From assembly GCA_037440465.1 (NCBI GenBank), contig JBBIUB010000015.1:1-31989 (forward strand): a DNA stretch of 31,989 nt, read 5' to 3'. The position numbers and the translations under genes were made by a program. Position 1 is the stretch's first letter, and every line of letters begins with the position of its first letter. Origin of the DNA: Coprothermobacterota bacterium (GTDB lineage: Bacteria > Coprothermobacterota > HKB111). Positions 8,245-15,953 of this stretch are shown here, one piece after another. Below the pieces are notes generated by a model, which was not told the origin of the DNA, ran no database searches, and saw nothing but the letters and a program-made list of their open reading frames with translations.

Positions 8245-9753
8245 CTATACTTCCTCCTCGAGAGGGAGGGTAGAGTCTGCCCCGTACTCGATACGGGGGT
8301 GGGGGGTTAAAGGCTCCTCAATGGCGGGCGGTGTAAAAGGCCCTCTTTCTCTTTCCAAAAACATAGCTCCTTGGAAAATTGTTGCTTCTTCAAATGGACG
8401 ACCAATAAGCTGTACACCCACAGGGAGACCATTTTTAAGGTTAAAGGGTAGGTTAAGAGCAGGTAAACCAGCTAAATTTATTGGAATAGTGAACAAATCA
8501 GCTTTGTACATCTTCAAAGGGTCATCACTTTTACTACCCACAAGGAAAGGCAAATCAGGGGAGGTAGGTAGACAAATCATATCAACTTCTTGGAAAGCCT
8601 TAAAAAAATCATTCTGAATTAGGGCGCGAACTTTACAGGCTTTAATATAGTAATCTTCATAAAAACCACTACTCAGGGCGAAAGTTCCCAGAAGAATTCT
8701 CCTTCTAACCTCTGGTCCAAAACCTTCTCCACGCACTTTTTCTACCATTTCCTTAATAGTCCTGGAATTATGTTTTAAACCATACCTGATTCCATCAAAT
8801 CTTGCCAAGTTAGAGGATGCCTCTGCTGTGCCCAGGATATAGTAGACCGATAGTCCGTATTTCAAATAGGGAAGCTCAATTTCTTTCAGTTTGAAGCCCC
8901 CCTTCTTGAATAATTCAAGGGCTTCATAAAAAGTGTCTACCACCTCTTCTTCAACGCCTCCCTCAAGAAGAGCCGGCGAATAACCTATGGTTAAAGGTTC
9001 TTCTATTAAGTTCCTAAAGCCGTCTGATGGGATGCAGGATGGTTGATTTTTTACTGTGGTGGAGTCGCCAGGATCATATCCTGAGATGACTTCTAAAAGT
9101 AAAACACTATCTTCTATGTTTACCGATAAGGGTCCGATTTGATCCAGTGAAGAAGCAAAAGCTACTAAGCCTTTTCGAGATACTCTTCCATAAGTCGGCT
9201 TTACCCCTACAACACCGCAGAAAGATGCGGGTTGCCTTATTGAGCCACCAGTATCTGACCCGAGAGCCAGAGCCACCATACGGGAAGATACAGCTGCAGC
9301 CGAACCACCCGATGAACCACCTGGTACTCTTGTGAGGTCGTAGGGATTGAGGGTTGTGTGAAAAGAAGAGTTTTCCGTGGATGAACCGAAAGCAAATTCA
9401 TCCATATTGGTCTTACCTATAAAAATAGCGCCTTCTCTCTTTAAATGCTCTATAACTGTAGCGTTATAAGGAGGGTAATAATCAGGCAGGATGCGCGAGG
9501 CACAGGTAGTTTTGAAACCCCTGATATTGATATTGTCTTTTACCGCAACAGGAACTCCTAATAACTTGCCTTTATGGGATTTATCAAGAGAAAGAGCTTC
9601 TTGCTTGAGTTCTTCATAAGGTTTAAGTGATATAAAGGCTTTTACTTTTCTCTCCAGTCTGGAGATTCTATTGTAATAGAAATCCAGAACTTCAACAGGA
9701 GTGAACTTCTTCTCTCTAATACCAGAGACTATATCAGAGACACTGTTAAACAT
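8245..9753 (-). CDS. gatA: Asp/Glu-tRNA amidotransferase subunit A (amidase)
   Basis: Amidase signature AVKDNI, GKTNMDEFAFGSSTE, PGGSSGGSAAAV and DTGGSIRQPA, plus RRILLGT. Start is taken as ATG 9753, overlapping the gatC stop, rather than TTG 9804. Confidence 0.97.
   Translation of the reverse strand: MFNSVSDIVSGIREKKFTPVEVLDFYYNRISRLERKVKAFISLKPYEELKQEALSLDKSHKGKLLGVPVAVKDNINIRGFKTTCASRILPDYYPPYNATVIEHLKREGAIFIGKTNMDEFAFGSSTENSSFHTTLNPYDLTRVPGGSSGGSAAAVSSRMVALALGSDTGGSIRQPASFCGVVGVKPTYGRVSRKGLVAFASSLDQIGPLSVNIEDSVLLLEVISGYDPGDSTTVKNQPSCIPSDGFRNLIEEPLTIGYSPALLEGGVEEEVVDTFYEALELFKKGGFKLKEIELPYLKYGLSVYYILGTAEASSNLARFDGIRYGLKHNSRTIKEMVEKVRGEGFGPEVRRRILLGTFALSSGFYEDYYIKACKVRALIQNDFFKAFQEVDMICLPTSPDLPFLVGSKSDDPLKMYKADLFTIPINLAGLPALNLPFNLKNGLPVGVQLIGRPFEEATIFQGAMFLERERGPFTPPAIEEPLTPHPRIEYGADSTLPLEEEV
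8250..8310 (-). repeat. Composite palindromic repeat inside the gatA 3' end
   Basis: Minus strand reads AACCCCCCACC[CCCGTATCGAGTACGGGGCAGAC]TCTACCCTCCCTCTCGAGGAGGAA. It matches the 27654-27694 element with an extra 7-bp-stem hairpin (8280-8298) inserted. Confidence 0.7.
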
Positions 9754-10075
9754 TGATAGGAGAAATATTAATAGAGGGGGAGGGTGGGGCGTCTGGTTCC
9801 TCAATCGGTGGTGTTTTTAGAAAATCTCCTTCTCTTTCAGAAAAAGCCTCCAGAATGCTTTCTCTTTCAGGAAATATTTTTGGCTCATCTTCCCTTAAAG
9901 TAAGAGGAGAAATGAAAAATATTGAGCTAATAAGGGGAATAACACCTTCCGTATCCAGCTTCTTAAGTTCTTCAAAATACTCTATTATTCTGAATATTTC
10001 CTTTTCAAGCCTATCTTTTTCTTCAGGATTAATGTTTAAAGCGGCTAATTTCAAAAGATAATCAAAGTCTTTCAT
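9746..10075 (-). CDS. gatC: Asp/Glu-tRNA amidotransferase subunit C
   Basis: LLKLAAL..., IIEYFEELKKLDTEGV, LREDE and GDFLKTP match GatC. It lies directly upstream of gatA and has a Pro-rich C-terminal extension. Confidence 0.92.
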   Translation of the reverse strand: MKDFDYLLKLAALNINPEEKDRLEKEIFRIIEYFEELKKLDTEGVIPLISSIFFISPLTLREDEPKIFPERESILEAFSEREGDFLKTPPIEEPDAPPSPSINISPINV

Positions 10076-12356
10076 TTCTTATTCTTCTTAAAACTGTGAC
10101 TGCTTCTGCTCGTGAAAGGGGAAATTTTGGAAGGAAGTTGCCCTGCGGAGTACCGAGGAAAATTTCTTCTTTTTTTGTTGTTTCTATGAAAGAATAAAAA
10201 GGTGAAGTCGGGGGAACATCCCTAAAAGTGGGAGAAGTTGGTTTAACGAGTGGAAATTTCAATAATCGTACAATCCATTCTGCAGCTTCTTCCCTCCTTA
10301 TCTCTGTATTAGGCCTAAAAGACCCACCTTTAGAAACCACGCCTCTCTTCACCAGTTCTTCAATATAAGGTGCTGCCCAATGTTTTGTGGAAACATCAAT
10401 AAAAGAAGAGGTGTAAGCAAGAGGGGGCATTACACCCAGGGTTTTTAAAAGCATAACACTAAACTGAGCACGGGTAGTTATCCCATCAGGACGGAAACTT
10501 TTGTCGGGGAAGCCTTTTACTATCCCATTTTTCGCCGCTTCTTCAATAGCTCTTCTTAAAGAATGCATGGAAATATCATAGAAAACAGATTTACTGGCTC
10601 CCACATAAGTTGTTACGAGTAAACCATTGGCAGTTCCAAGATAAATTTTATTTAATTCTTTGAAAAAGGATAATACTGCATCGGAAGGCAGGCTATCTAA
10701 ATTATTCAGGGCAATAAAGCTTCCATTAATAAAATCATAAACAATAAAGCCCTTCTCTGCTGCAATAAACAGAAAATGGTTTTCTTCAAGCATTGAATAA
10801 ATAGTTCCCACCTGGGGAAGTTTGAGATATGTAAAAGTTCCTCTATCTTCCCTGTATTCTAAAATACCTTCTGGAGTAGCTAAAAAAAGCGAAGAAGTCG
10901 ATGATGTTAGGCTTCTTATGGTAGTATCTGGAGAAAAAGAACCCCCAACCCTTTTAAATTCTGTATCTACTGTACCTTTAGAATAGAGGCCCTTTAAGGT
11001 GCCTGCGTATATTAAATCGGGTTTTATACAGAGAGATAGAACATCTCTGAGAAAGAAGGCTTCAAATCTTTTCCTTACAGGGTCAAAAATCTGAACACCA
11101 AGTCGTGTAGCCAGGTAAATTTCACCATCTAATACTTTTAAGTCAAAAATCTGGTTATGGAATAATCCTTTTCTTACATCATAAGTTTCTATAACCTTTA
11201 AAAGCGGTATGTTCAATCGGTATAATCCTGAAGTGGATGCTACATAAAGGTCATCGTTTAATGCTCCTAACCCGGTAACCTCTACTGCGGATAAAACCTC
11301 CTTTATATATCCAAAATCTTCACTATAAAATGAAAGGCCCTTAGAAGTACCTAAAAAGATATTATTTTTATGTTTATGTAGGGCTGTAATTCTATTAGAG
11401 TAGAGAGGAACCATGCTACCAAAAACCAATCTTTTTGTAAGATCTGTTTTTAGCAGGCGTACCAGGCCCTTAGAAGTACCAGTAAAGAGATATTCACCTG
11501 TTACTTCTAAGGATTGTATTGGAACATCTTTTACTTCATGTGGTAAACTCAAATTTAGGAGTTGGAGATCTTCAGTAGACACCCTTAAGCCACGCTGGGT
11601 TCCAATATAAACCTTTCCACCATCAACCTTCAATGAAAGAATTGTGCTTACAGGAAGCCCTTCCTTTACTCCCAGAGTAGACACCTCGGAAGATTCAGTT
11701 TTTAATCTTATAACCCCCTGGTTAGTTCCCAGATAAAGGTGTGTTGGAGTGGATGCCAGGCAAAGTATGCCACCTTTAAAGCCCGGTACCTCAATTTTTC
11801 GTGGCTTCTTTGTTTTTATAGGTATCTCATAGAGACCGAGTGGAGTGGCTGCAAATATTGATTCGCCTTTAATTTTTATGTCATTAACCTGTATCATTGG
11901 AAAATCAGTTAATTTTAAAAAACTTCTCTTCCCATAATAATAAATACCACTTCCTGTTCCCACATAAATTGTGTTCCCTGTTTCAATAACTGACATCACT
12001 ATAGAGTCTGACAATCCATCTATCTGGTCCATTATTTGAAGTATTTTTCCTTCTTTGTTTATTACTGCTAAACCTTCCCCTAATGTCCCTGCATAAACAC
12101 CGCCATCTTTATAAGCAGATAGACTAAGCACATTCATAGATGGGAGCCCTTCAAGAGTGGTTAAATTTATCCTTTTTCCTGTTCCTATTTCATACCTTAC
12201 AAGCCCACCAGTTGTACCTGCCCAGAGATAAGGAGGAGAAGCTAATAAAACCTGGTTATCATCGTAAGTAAAGGACAGAAATGTAGAGGATGCTCCTGCT
12301 ACAGGAATAAGGATTAAAAACATAGATAATATTAGTATTATTTTTTTTAAAGACAT
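10062..12356 (-). CDS. Secreted beta-propeller repeat protein with three C-terminal S-layer homology (SLH) domains
   Basis: Signal peptide MSLKKIILILSMFLILIPVAGA. Roughly 40-aa repeats with (L/I)(W/Y)xGTxxGL and GLxSxxVxS(L/V) cover about 570 aa. SLH motifs are GFPDKSFRPDGITTRAQ, FIDVSTKHWA..FRPNTEIRREE and FRDVP..FLPKFPLSRAE. Confidence 0.85.
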   Translation of the reverse strand: MSLKKIILILSMFLILIPVAGASSTFLSFTYDDNQVLLASPPYLWAGTTGGLVRYEIGTGKRINLTTLEGLPSMNVLSLSAYKDGGVYAGTLGEGLAVINKEGKILQIMDQIDGLSDSIVMSVIETGNTIYVGTGSGIYYYGKRSFLKLTDFPMIQVNDIKIKGESIFAATPLGLYEIPIKTKKPRKIEVPGFKGGILCLASTPTHLYLGTNQGVIRLKTESSEVSTLGVKEGLPVSTILSLKVDGGKVYIGTQRGLRVSTEDLQLLNLSLPHEVKDVPIQSLEVTGEYLFTGTSKGLVRLLKTDLTKRLVFGSMVPLYSNRITALHKHKNNIFLGTSKGLSFYSEDFGYIKEVLSAVEVTGLGALNDDLYVASTSGLYRLNIPLLKVIETYDVRKGLFHNQIFDLKVLDGEIYLATRLGVQIFDPVRKRFEAFFLRDVLSLCIKPDLIYAGTLKGLYSKGTVDTEFKRVGGSFSPDTTIRSLTSSTSSLFLATPEGILEYREDRGTFTYLKLPQVGTIYSMLEENHFLFIAAEKGFIVYDFINGSFIALNNLDSLPSDAVLSFFKELNKIYLGTANGLLVTTYVGASKSVFYDISMHSLRRAIEEAAKNGIVKGFPDKSFRPDGITTRAQFSVMLLKTLGVMPPLAYTSSFIDVSTKHWAAPYIEELVKRGVVSKGGSFRPNTEIRREEAAEWIVRLLKFPLVKPTSPTFRDVPPTSPFYSFIETTKKEEIFLGTPQGNFLPKFPLSRAEAVTVLRRIRNERL

Positions 12357-12365
12357 TATAAAAAT

Positions 12366-13505
12366 TTAAAATTGAAGAGGCATTATTAAAGCCAGGTAAT
12401 AACTACCATCACTGGCTTTTTCTTTTGTAGAAAGCTTCAAATTAGATATGGTTACGGGACTTAGAGAGCCATTAAATCCCATAAATACTTTTTCTGCTTG
12501 TGAATTTCTAAGAGCTTCTAAGAGGTAACGAGAATTGAAGTGAACTTCAAGATTACTTCCTTCACTTTCTTCTATATCTAACTCTTCTAAACCTTCGCCT
12601 ACTCCAGAAGCAGATAAATTTAAAGTGACCTTTTCACCCAAAGAAAATCTTATTGGTTCTGTTGAACTTAAGAGAGTTAATCTTTCCAAAGATTCCAAAA
12701 GAGTAGAAGTTTTAACATAAAGAAAAGTTGAGTAAGATGTGGGGATTATACCTTCATAATCAGGAAACTTGATGTTCATGGTTTTTAAAGTCAACCTGGT
12801 GGTACCCTGATTAAAATCTATCTGGTGAGAATCCCAGGTAGTATTTATATCTTCATCTAAGTTGAATATATTGAAATATTCAATCCTTAAATCTGAAGAG
12901 TGTAATATACAACTAAAAGAAGTTCCTTTTTCACCATCTAATTCTCCTTCTGCTAAACTCAGCCTATGACCATCAGTGGTAACAACTCTTACTGTATTTC
13001 CCTTAAAGGACATTAAGGCCCCGCTTAATCCTTCCCTCTCCATCTCTTTGGCAGCTGCGTACAAACCTCTTTTGAATATGGTTATGATTTTTTTAGGAGA
13101 AGCGCTAATTATATCTTTTGATTCAACTACAGGAATTTCCGGAAATTCTTCAGGTGACATGAGTTGAAAAGAAAAAGATGATTTTTCTGTTTTTATCGCT
13201 AATTGATTATGACTGAACTGTAATATAATTTCTTCATCATTTACTTTCTTAATAATATCTAAAATTAATTTTCCAGGTATAAGATACTGTTTTTTTTCAA
13301 CATTGCCACTCCAAAAATCTGAAGAAAGTGAAGTAGTAATCGCTTTTCTTAAATCAGTTGAAACAAATTTTATGTTTCCTTCTTCAATAATCATAAGTAT
13401 CTGGGTTATAGAAGAAAGGGGCGTTTTTGTTGAAGGTAAAGCCATGTTAACTTTATCCAACACAGAAATTAAGGGTCTTCGTTTTATTTTTAATACCTGA
13501 TTCAT
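12366..13505 (-). CDS. dnaN: DNA polymerase III beta sliding clamp
   Basis: STDL, EEFPEIP, TTDGHRL, FPDYEGIIP, FNSRYLLEAL and terminal LIMP. It lies downstream of dnaA with an AGGAGG RBS. Confidence 0.96.
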   Translation of the reverse strand: MNQVLKIKRRPLISVLDKVNMALPSTKTPLSSITQILMIIEEGNIKFVSTDLRKAITTSLSSDFWSGNVEKKQYLIPGKLILDIIKKVNDEEIILQFSHNQLAIKTEKSSFSFQLMSPEEFPEIPVVESKDIISASPKKIITIFKRGLYAAAKEMEREGLSGALMSFKGNTVRVVTTDGHRLSLAEGELDGEKGTSFSCILHSSDLRIEYFNIFNLDEDINTTWDSHQIDFNQGTTRLTLKTMNIKFPDYEGIIPTSYSTFLYVKTSTLLESLERLTLLSSTEPIRFSLGEKVTLNLSASGVGEGLEELDIEESEGSNLEVHFNSRYLLEALRNSQAEKVFMGFNGSLSPVTISNLKLSTKEKASDGSYYLALIMPLQF

Positions 13506-13759
13506 TTTTGCCTCCTGATTTGTTTTACTTCTATTATTTTATCTTATTTATAAGATAGTAGTAATAAATAAGGGAGATTTGTTAATAATATCTAAAAATT
13601 TGCTGTTTTACAACAATTGTTATTATTATCTCCTGATATTAATATGTTTGTAAACTTGGCTTTATTAACAGCTTGAAAATTCAGGTTTATAAGCCTGTAG
13701 TTTTTAACTACTTATTAACAGGTTATTAACATTTTGTTAATAACTTTCTCGTAATCACA
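13506..13759. other. Chromosomal replication origin (oriC), variant-box type
   Basis: AT-rich dnaA-dnaN spacer with five exact TTATTAACA nonamers: 13580-13588 (-), 13662-13670 (+), 13712-13720 (+), 13723-13731 (+), 13735-13743 (-). It also holds a TAG-TAG-TAA-TAA trio tract. Gene orientation flips near this locus. Confidence 0.85.
13556..13567 (+). promoter_or_regulatory. DnaA-trio-like tract (basal unwinding site)
   Basis: TAGTAGTAATAA is separated from the proximal box (13580-13588) by a short G-rich patch (AGGGAG). The order box / GC patch / trios / AT-rich is the same as in Bacillus subtilis oriC. Confidence 0.65.
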
Positions 13760-15109
13760 CTATTTTTTATTAAGCTCCGAAGTTAAGCTATCAACTAACT
13801 TTTTCAAATCTGTGTCACCAGCTAAATCTTTCTTAATTTTTTCACAAGCATGGAGTACAGTGGCATGATTTTTCTTCCCAAACCACCGGGTAATAGTTAT
13901 TAGAGAGTGATTGGTTAATTCTCTTGCTAAATACATAGCAATCTGGCGTGCCAGAGCTATTTCTTGAGTTCGCTTAGTAGAAGAAAAATCTTCTTTTCTA
14001 ACACCCAGAAAATCAGATACAGTGTTCTGAATATCCTCCAGAGTTATTTTAAAAGAATCAGGCCTTAGAAAGACACCCCTTAAAACATCCTGGGCTAAAC
14101 CAAGAGTAAGAGGGACTCCTTTTAATGACGAAGAAGCTATAACACGGTTCAGGGCACCTTCCAGTTCTCTTATGTTTTCAGATATGAGAGATGCTATGTA
14201 CTCCAGAACTTCAGGGGGAACAGAGTCTTTTCCTTTTATGTTATCTGCTTTTTTCTTTAAAATAGCTACCCTTGTTTCAAAATCAGGAGGTTCTATATCA
14301 GCCATAAGGCCCCATTCGAAACGTGAACGAAGGCGTTCTTCCAGGTGAGAAATATCTTTTGGGAGGCGATCTGATGTTAATACTACCTGTTTAGATACTT
14401 CGTAAAGAGTATTGAAAGTGTGGAAAAACTCTTCTTGCGTTCGCTCCTTTCCACTCAAAAACTGAATATCGTCAATAAGGAGTACATCTACATGTCGGTA
14501 TTTATTCTGAAATTCTGACATTCTACGGTCTCCGATGGATTTAATGAGTTCGTTTATAAATCGCTCACTTGATACATAAAGGAGTTTTTTTCTTTTATAC
14601 TTTTCCCTAACCCGATTGCCAATGGAGTGCAGAAGGTGGGTTTTACCAAGTCCAACTCCACCGTAGATAAAAAGGGGGTTATATGTTTTTCCAGGATTAT
14701 CCGCCACAGCTTTGGATGCTGCAAAAGCGAGTTTGTTACTTCCCCCTACAACAAAAGTGTCAAAAGAATAAAGAGGATTAATAATGTTAATTTGACCATC
14801 TTCTTTTTCTTCGAATTCTCCTGCAGAGATATATTCTTTTACAGAAATGGGTTTTTTCTCTGTCTCTAATACTGCAAAATTAATTCTGATAGGTGTGTCC
14901 AGACGAGAATTTAGGGCTTCTTCTATGGTTTTCGCATAATGGGAACTTAACCATTCCTGAGCAAACTTGGAAGGTGTAAGTATCGTAACAATTTCACCAT
15001 CAAGGCTATGAAGGGAAACAGGCTTTATCCACATCTCATAAACGGGTTGTGATACCTTTGTTTTTATTTCTTTTAGCGCTTCTAACCAGGCTGTTTTAAT
15101 ATCTAACAA
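13760..15109 (-). CDS. dnaA: Chromosomal replication initiator DnaA
   Basis: FDTFVVGGSN, YNPLFIYGGVGLGKTHL, LLIDDIQF, QEEFFHTFN, RLRSRFEWGL, NIRELEGAL and ARQIAMYL. TTG start with a GAGGTG RBS. Confidence 0.99.
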   Translation of the reverse strand: MLDIKTAWLEALKEIKTKVSQPVYEMWIKPVSLHSLDGEIVTILTPSKFAQEWLSSHYAKTIEEALNSRLDTPIRINFAVLETEKKPISVKEYISAGEFEEKEDGQINIINPLYSFDTFVVGGSNKLAFAASKAVADNPGKTYNPLFIYGGVGLGKTHLLHSIGNRVREKYKRKKLLYVSSERFINELIKSIGDRRMSEFQNKYRHVDVLLIDDIQFLSGKERTQEEFFHTFNTLYEVSKQVVLTSDRLPKDISHLEERLRSRFEWGLMADIEPPDFETRVAILKKKADNIKGKDSVPPEVLEYIASLISENIRELEGALNRVIASSSLKGVPLTLGLAQDVLRGVFLRPDSFKITLEDIQNTVSDFLGVRKEDFSSTKRTQEIALARQIAMYLARELTNHSLITITRWFGKKNHATVLHACEKIKKDLAGDTDLKKLVDSLTSELNKK

Positions 15110-15138
15110 GTTTTTCTACACCTCTTAGTCTTACAGGT

Positions 15139-15147
15139 ATGATAGCA
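15139..15147 (-). promoter_or_regulatory. Putative extended -10 promoter for dnaA
   Basis: Minus-strand TGCTATCAT about 30 bp upstream of the TTG. There is no well-spaced -35. Confidence 0.4.
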
Positions 15148-15217
15148 TAAAATACATATAATTAGGGGGTCAGGTCTACGCAATTGACAAATCTCCTCCG
15201 ACCTTGTTTTACTTATC

Positions 15218-15284
15218 ATCTCCCCCTTTTGTAAAGTAGCTTCTTTAGCCTCCCGCCTTTGTAAAGGGGGATAAGAGTAGAATT
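15218..15284 (-). repeat. Palindromic/direct repeat element in the dnaA-rpmH spacer
   Basis: Direct repeats TCCCCCTTTTGTAAAG (15221-15236) and TCCCGCCTTTGTAAAG (15251-15266). Inverted pair TCCCCCTTT (15221-15229) and AAAGGGGGA (15263-15271). Related to 27-107. Confidence 0.65.
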
Positions 15285-15430
15285 ACAAAATACCAACTAA
15301 TGTAATTGTGCTATCACATATTACACTATATTGTACCTGGTACCTATTTGTATTAAAAAAGAATTAGAAGATGAAATTGTCAATAAATAAGCCGGGAGCG
15401 GATTGATATTCGTGGTTGTGTATCTCTTTT

Positions 15431-15450
15431 TGTTATAATAGGTTATAATA
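15431..15450 (+). promoter_or_regulatory. Putative rpmH promoter: tandem TATAAT boxes, the first with a TGn extension
   Basis: TGTTATAATAGGTTATAATA, with TATAAT at 15434-15439 and 15444-15449. Confidence 0.6.
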
Positions 15451-15485
15451 TTATTTCAAGTATTGTATTTATCGGAGGATGAATT

Positions 15486-15620
15486 ATGAAAAGCACTTAC
15501 CAGCCTTCAAGAATTAGAAGAAAAAGGGTCCATGGCTTCCGAACTCGTATGAGTACAAAAGGTGGAAGAAGGGTCCTAAAAAGGCGTATTTTAAGAGGAA
15601 GGCAAAAACTTACCGTATAA
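15486..15620 (+). CDS. rpmH: 50S ribosomal protein L34 (absent from the ORF track)
   Basis: Hand translation gives [52 protein letters not shown] at 15474-15478. Divergent from dnaA. Confidence 0.98.
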   Translation: MKSTYQPSRIRRKRVHGFRTRMSTKGGRRVLKRRILRGRQKLTV

Positions 15621-15953
15621 ATGAGTTTAAAAAGAGAAAATCTCCTTAAAAGTCTTGAATTACGGTCCCTTTTCAGAGGAGAAAGAAAGAAAATTGATGG
15701 AGGGTCTGTTGTACTTTATTTCCAGGAGATTCAACCTGCCCTTAAAATTGGGGTGGTGGTTCCTAAAAGAACAGGTAATGCGGTTAAGAGGAACCATTTA
15801 AAACGCCTGGTTAAAGGGTTTATGGCTACGAATATTTCTGAATTAAAAGATGGATATTATTTTTTCCTTATTAAGGAGGATAAAGAAGACGCAGAATTAA
15901 AATCTTTATTGCTTCACCTCCTCCTTAAAGGAAGACTTCTTAAAAATGGTTAA
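15621..15953 (+). CDS. rnpA: Ribonuclease P protein component
   Basis: [21 protein letters not shown] is an RNR-motif variant. It abuts rpmH. Confidence 0.93.
   Translation: MSLKRENLLKSLELRSLFRGERKKIDGGSVVLYFQEIQPALKIGVVVPKRTGNAVKRNHLKRLVKGFMATNISELKDGYYFFLIKEDKEDAELKSLLLHLLLKGRLLKNG

Noticed and set aside
9754..9804. N-terminal extension of GatA from TTG 9804
   Set aside because: It lies in repeat-like sequence within gatC. GatA similarity starts at ATG 9753.
13701..13744. Repeats as a CRISPR array or plasmid iterons
   Set aside because: The units are 9 bp, without spacers or cas/rep genes. The dnaA-dnaN context explains them.
15025..15033. Canonical TTATCCACA inside dnaA (also TGTGGATAA at 4778-4786 in dnaE)
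   Set aside because: These are isolated copies within coding sequence. The dnaA copy is explained by the M-W-I-K codons, and they are not clustered.
15352..15383. Minus-strand TTGACA as the dnaA -35
   Set aside because: The nearest -10-like hexamer (TTTAAT) is 20 bp away, which is too long.
15780..15810. RnpA RNH instead of RNR (and YidC Lys instead of the groove Arg)
   Set aside because: These look like ordinary family variation, and the rest of each motif is intact.
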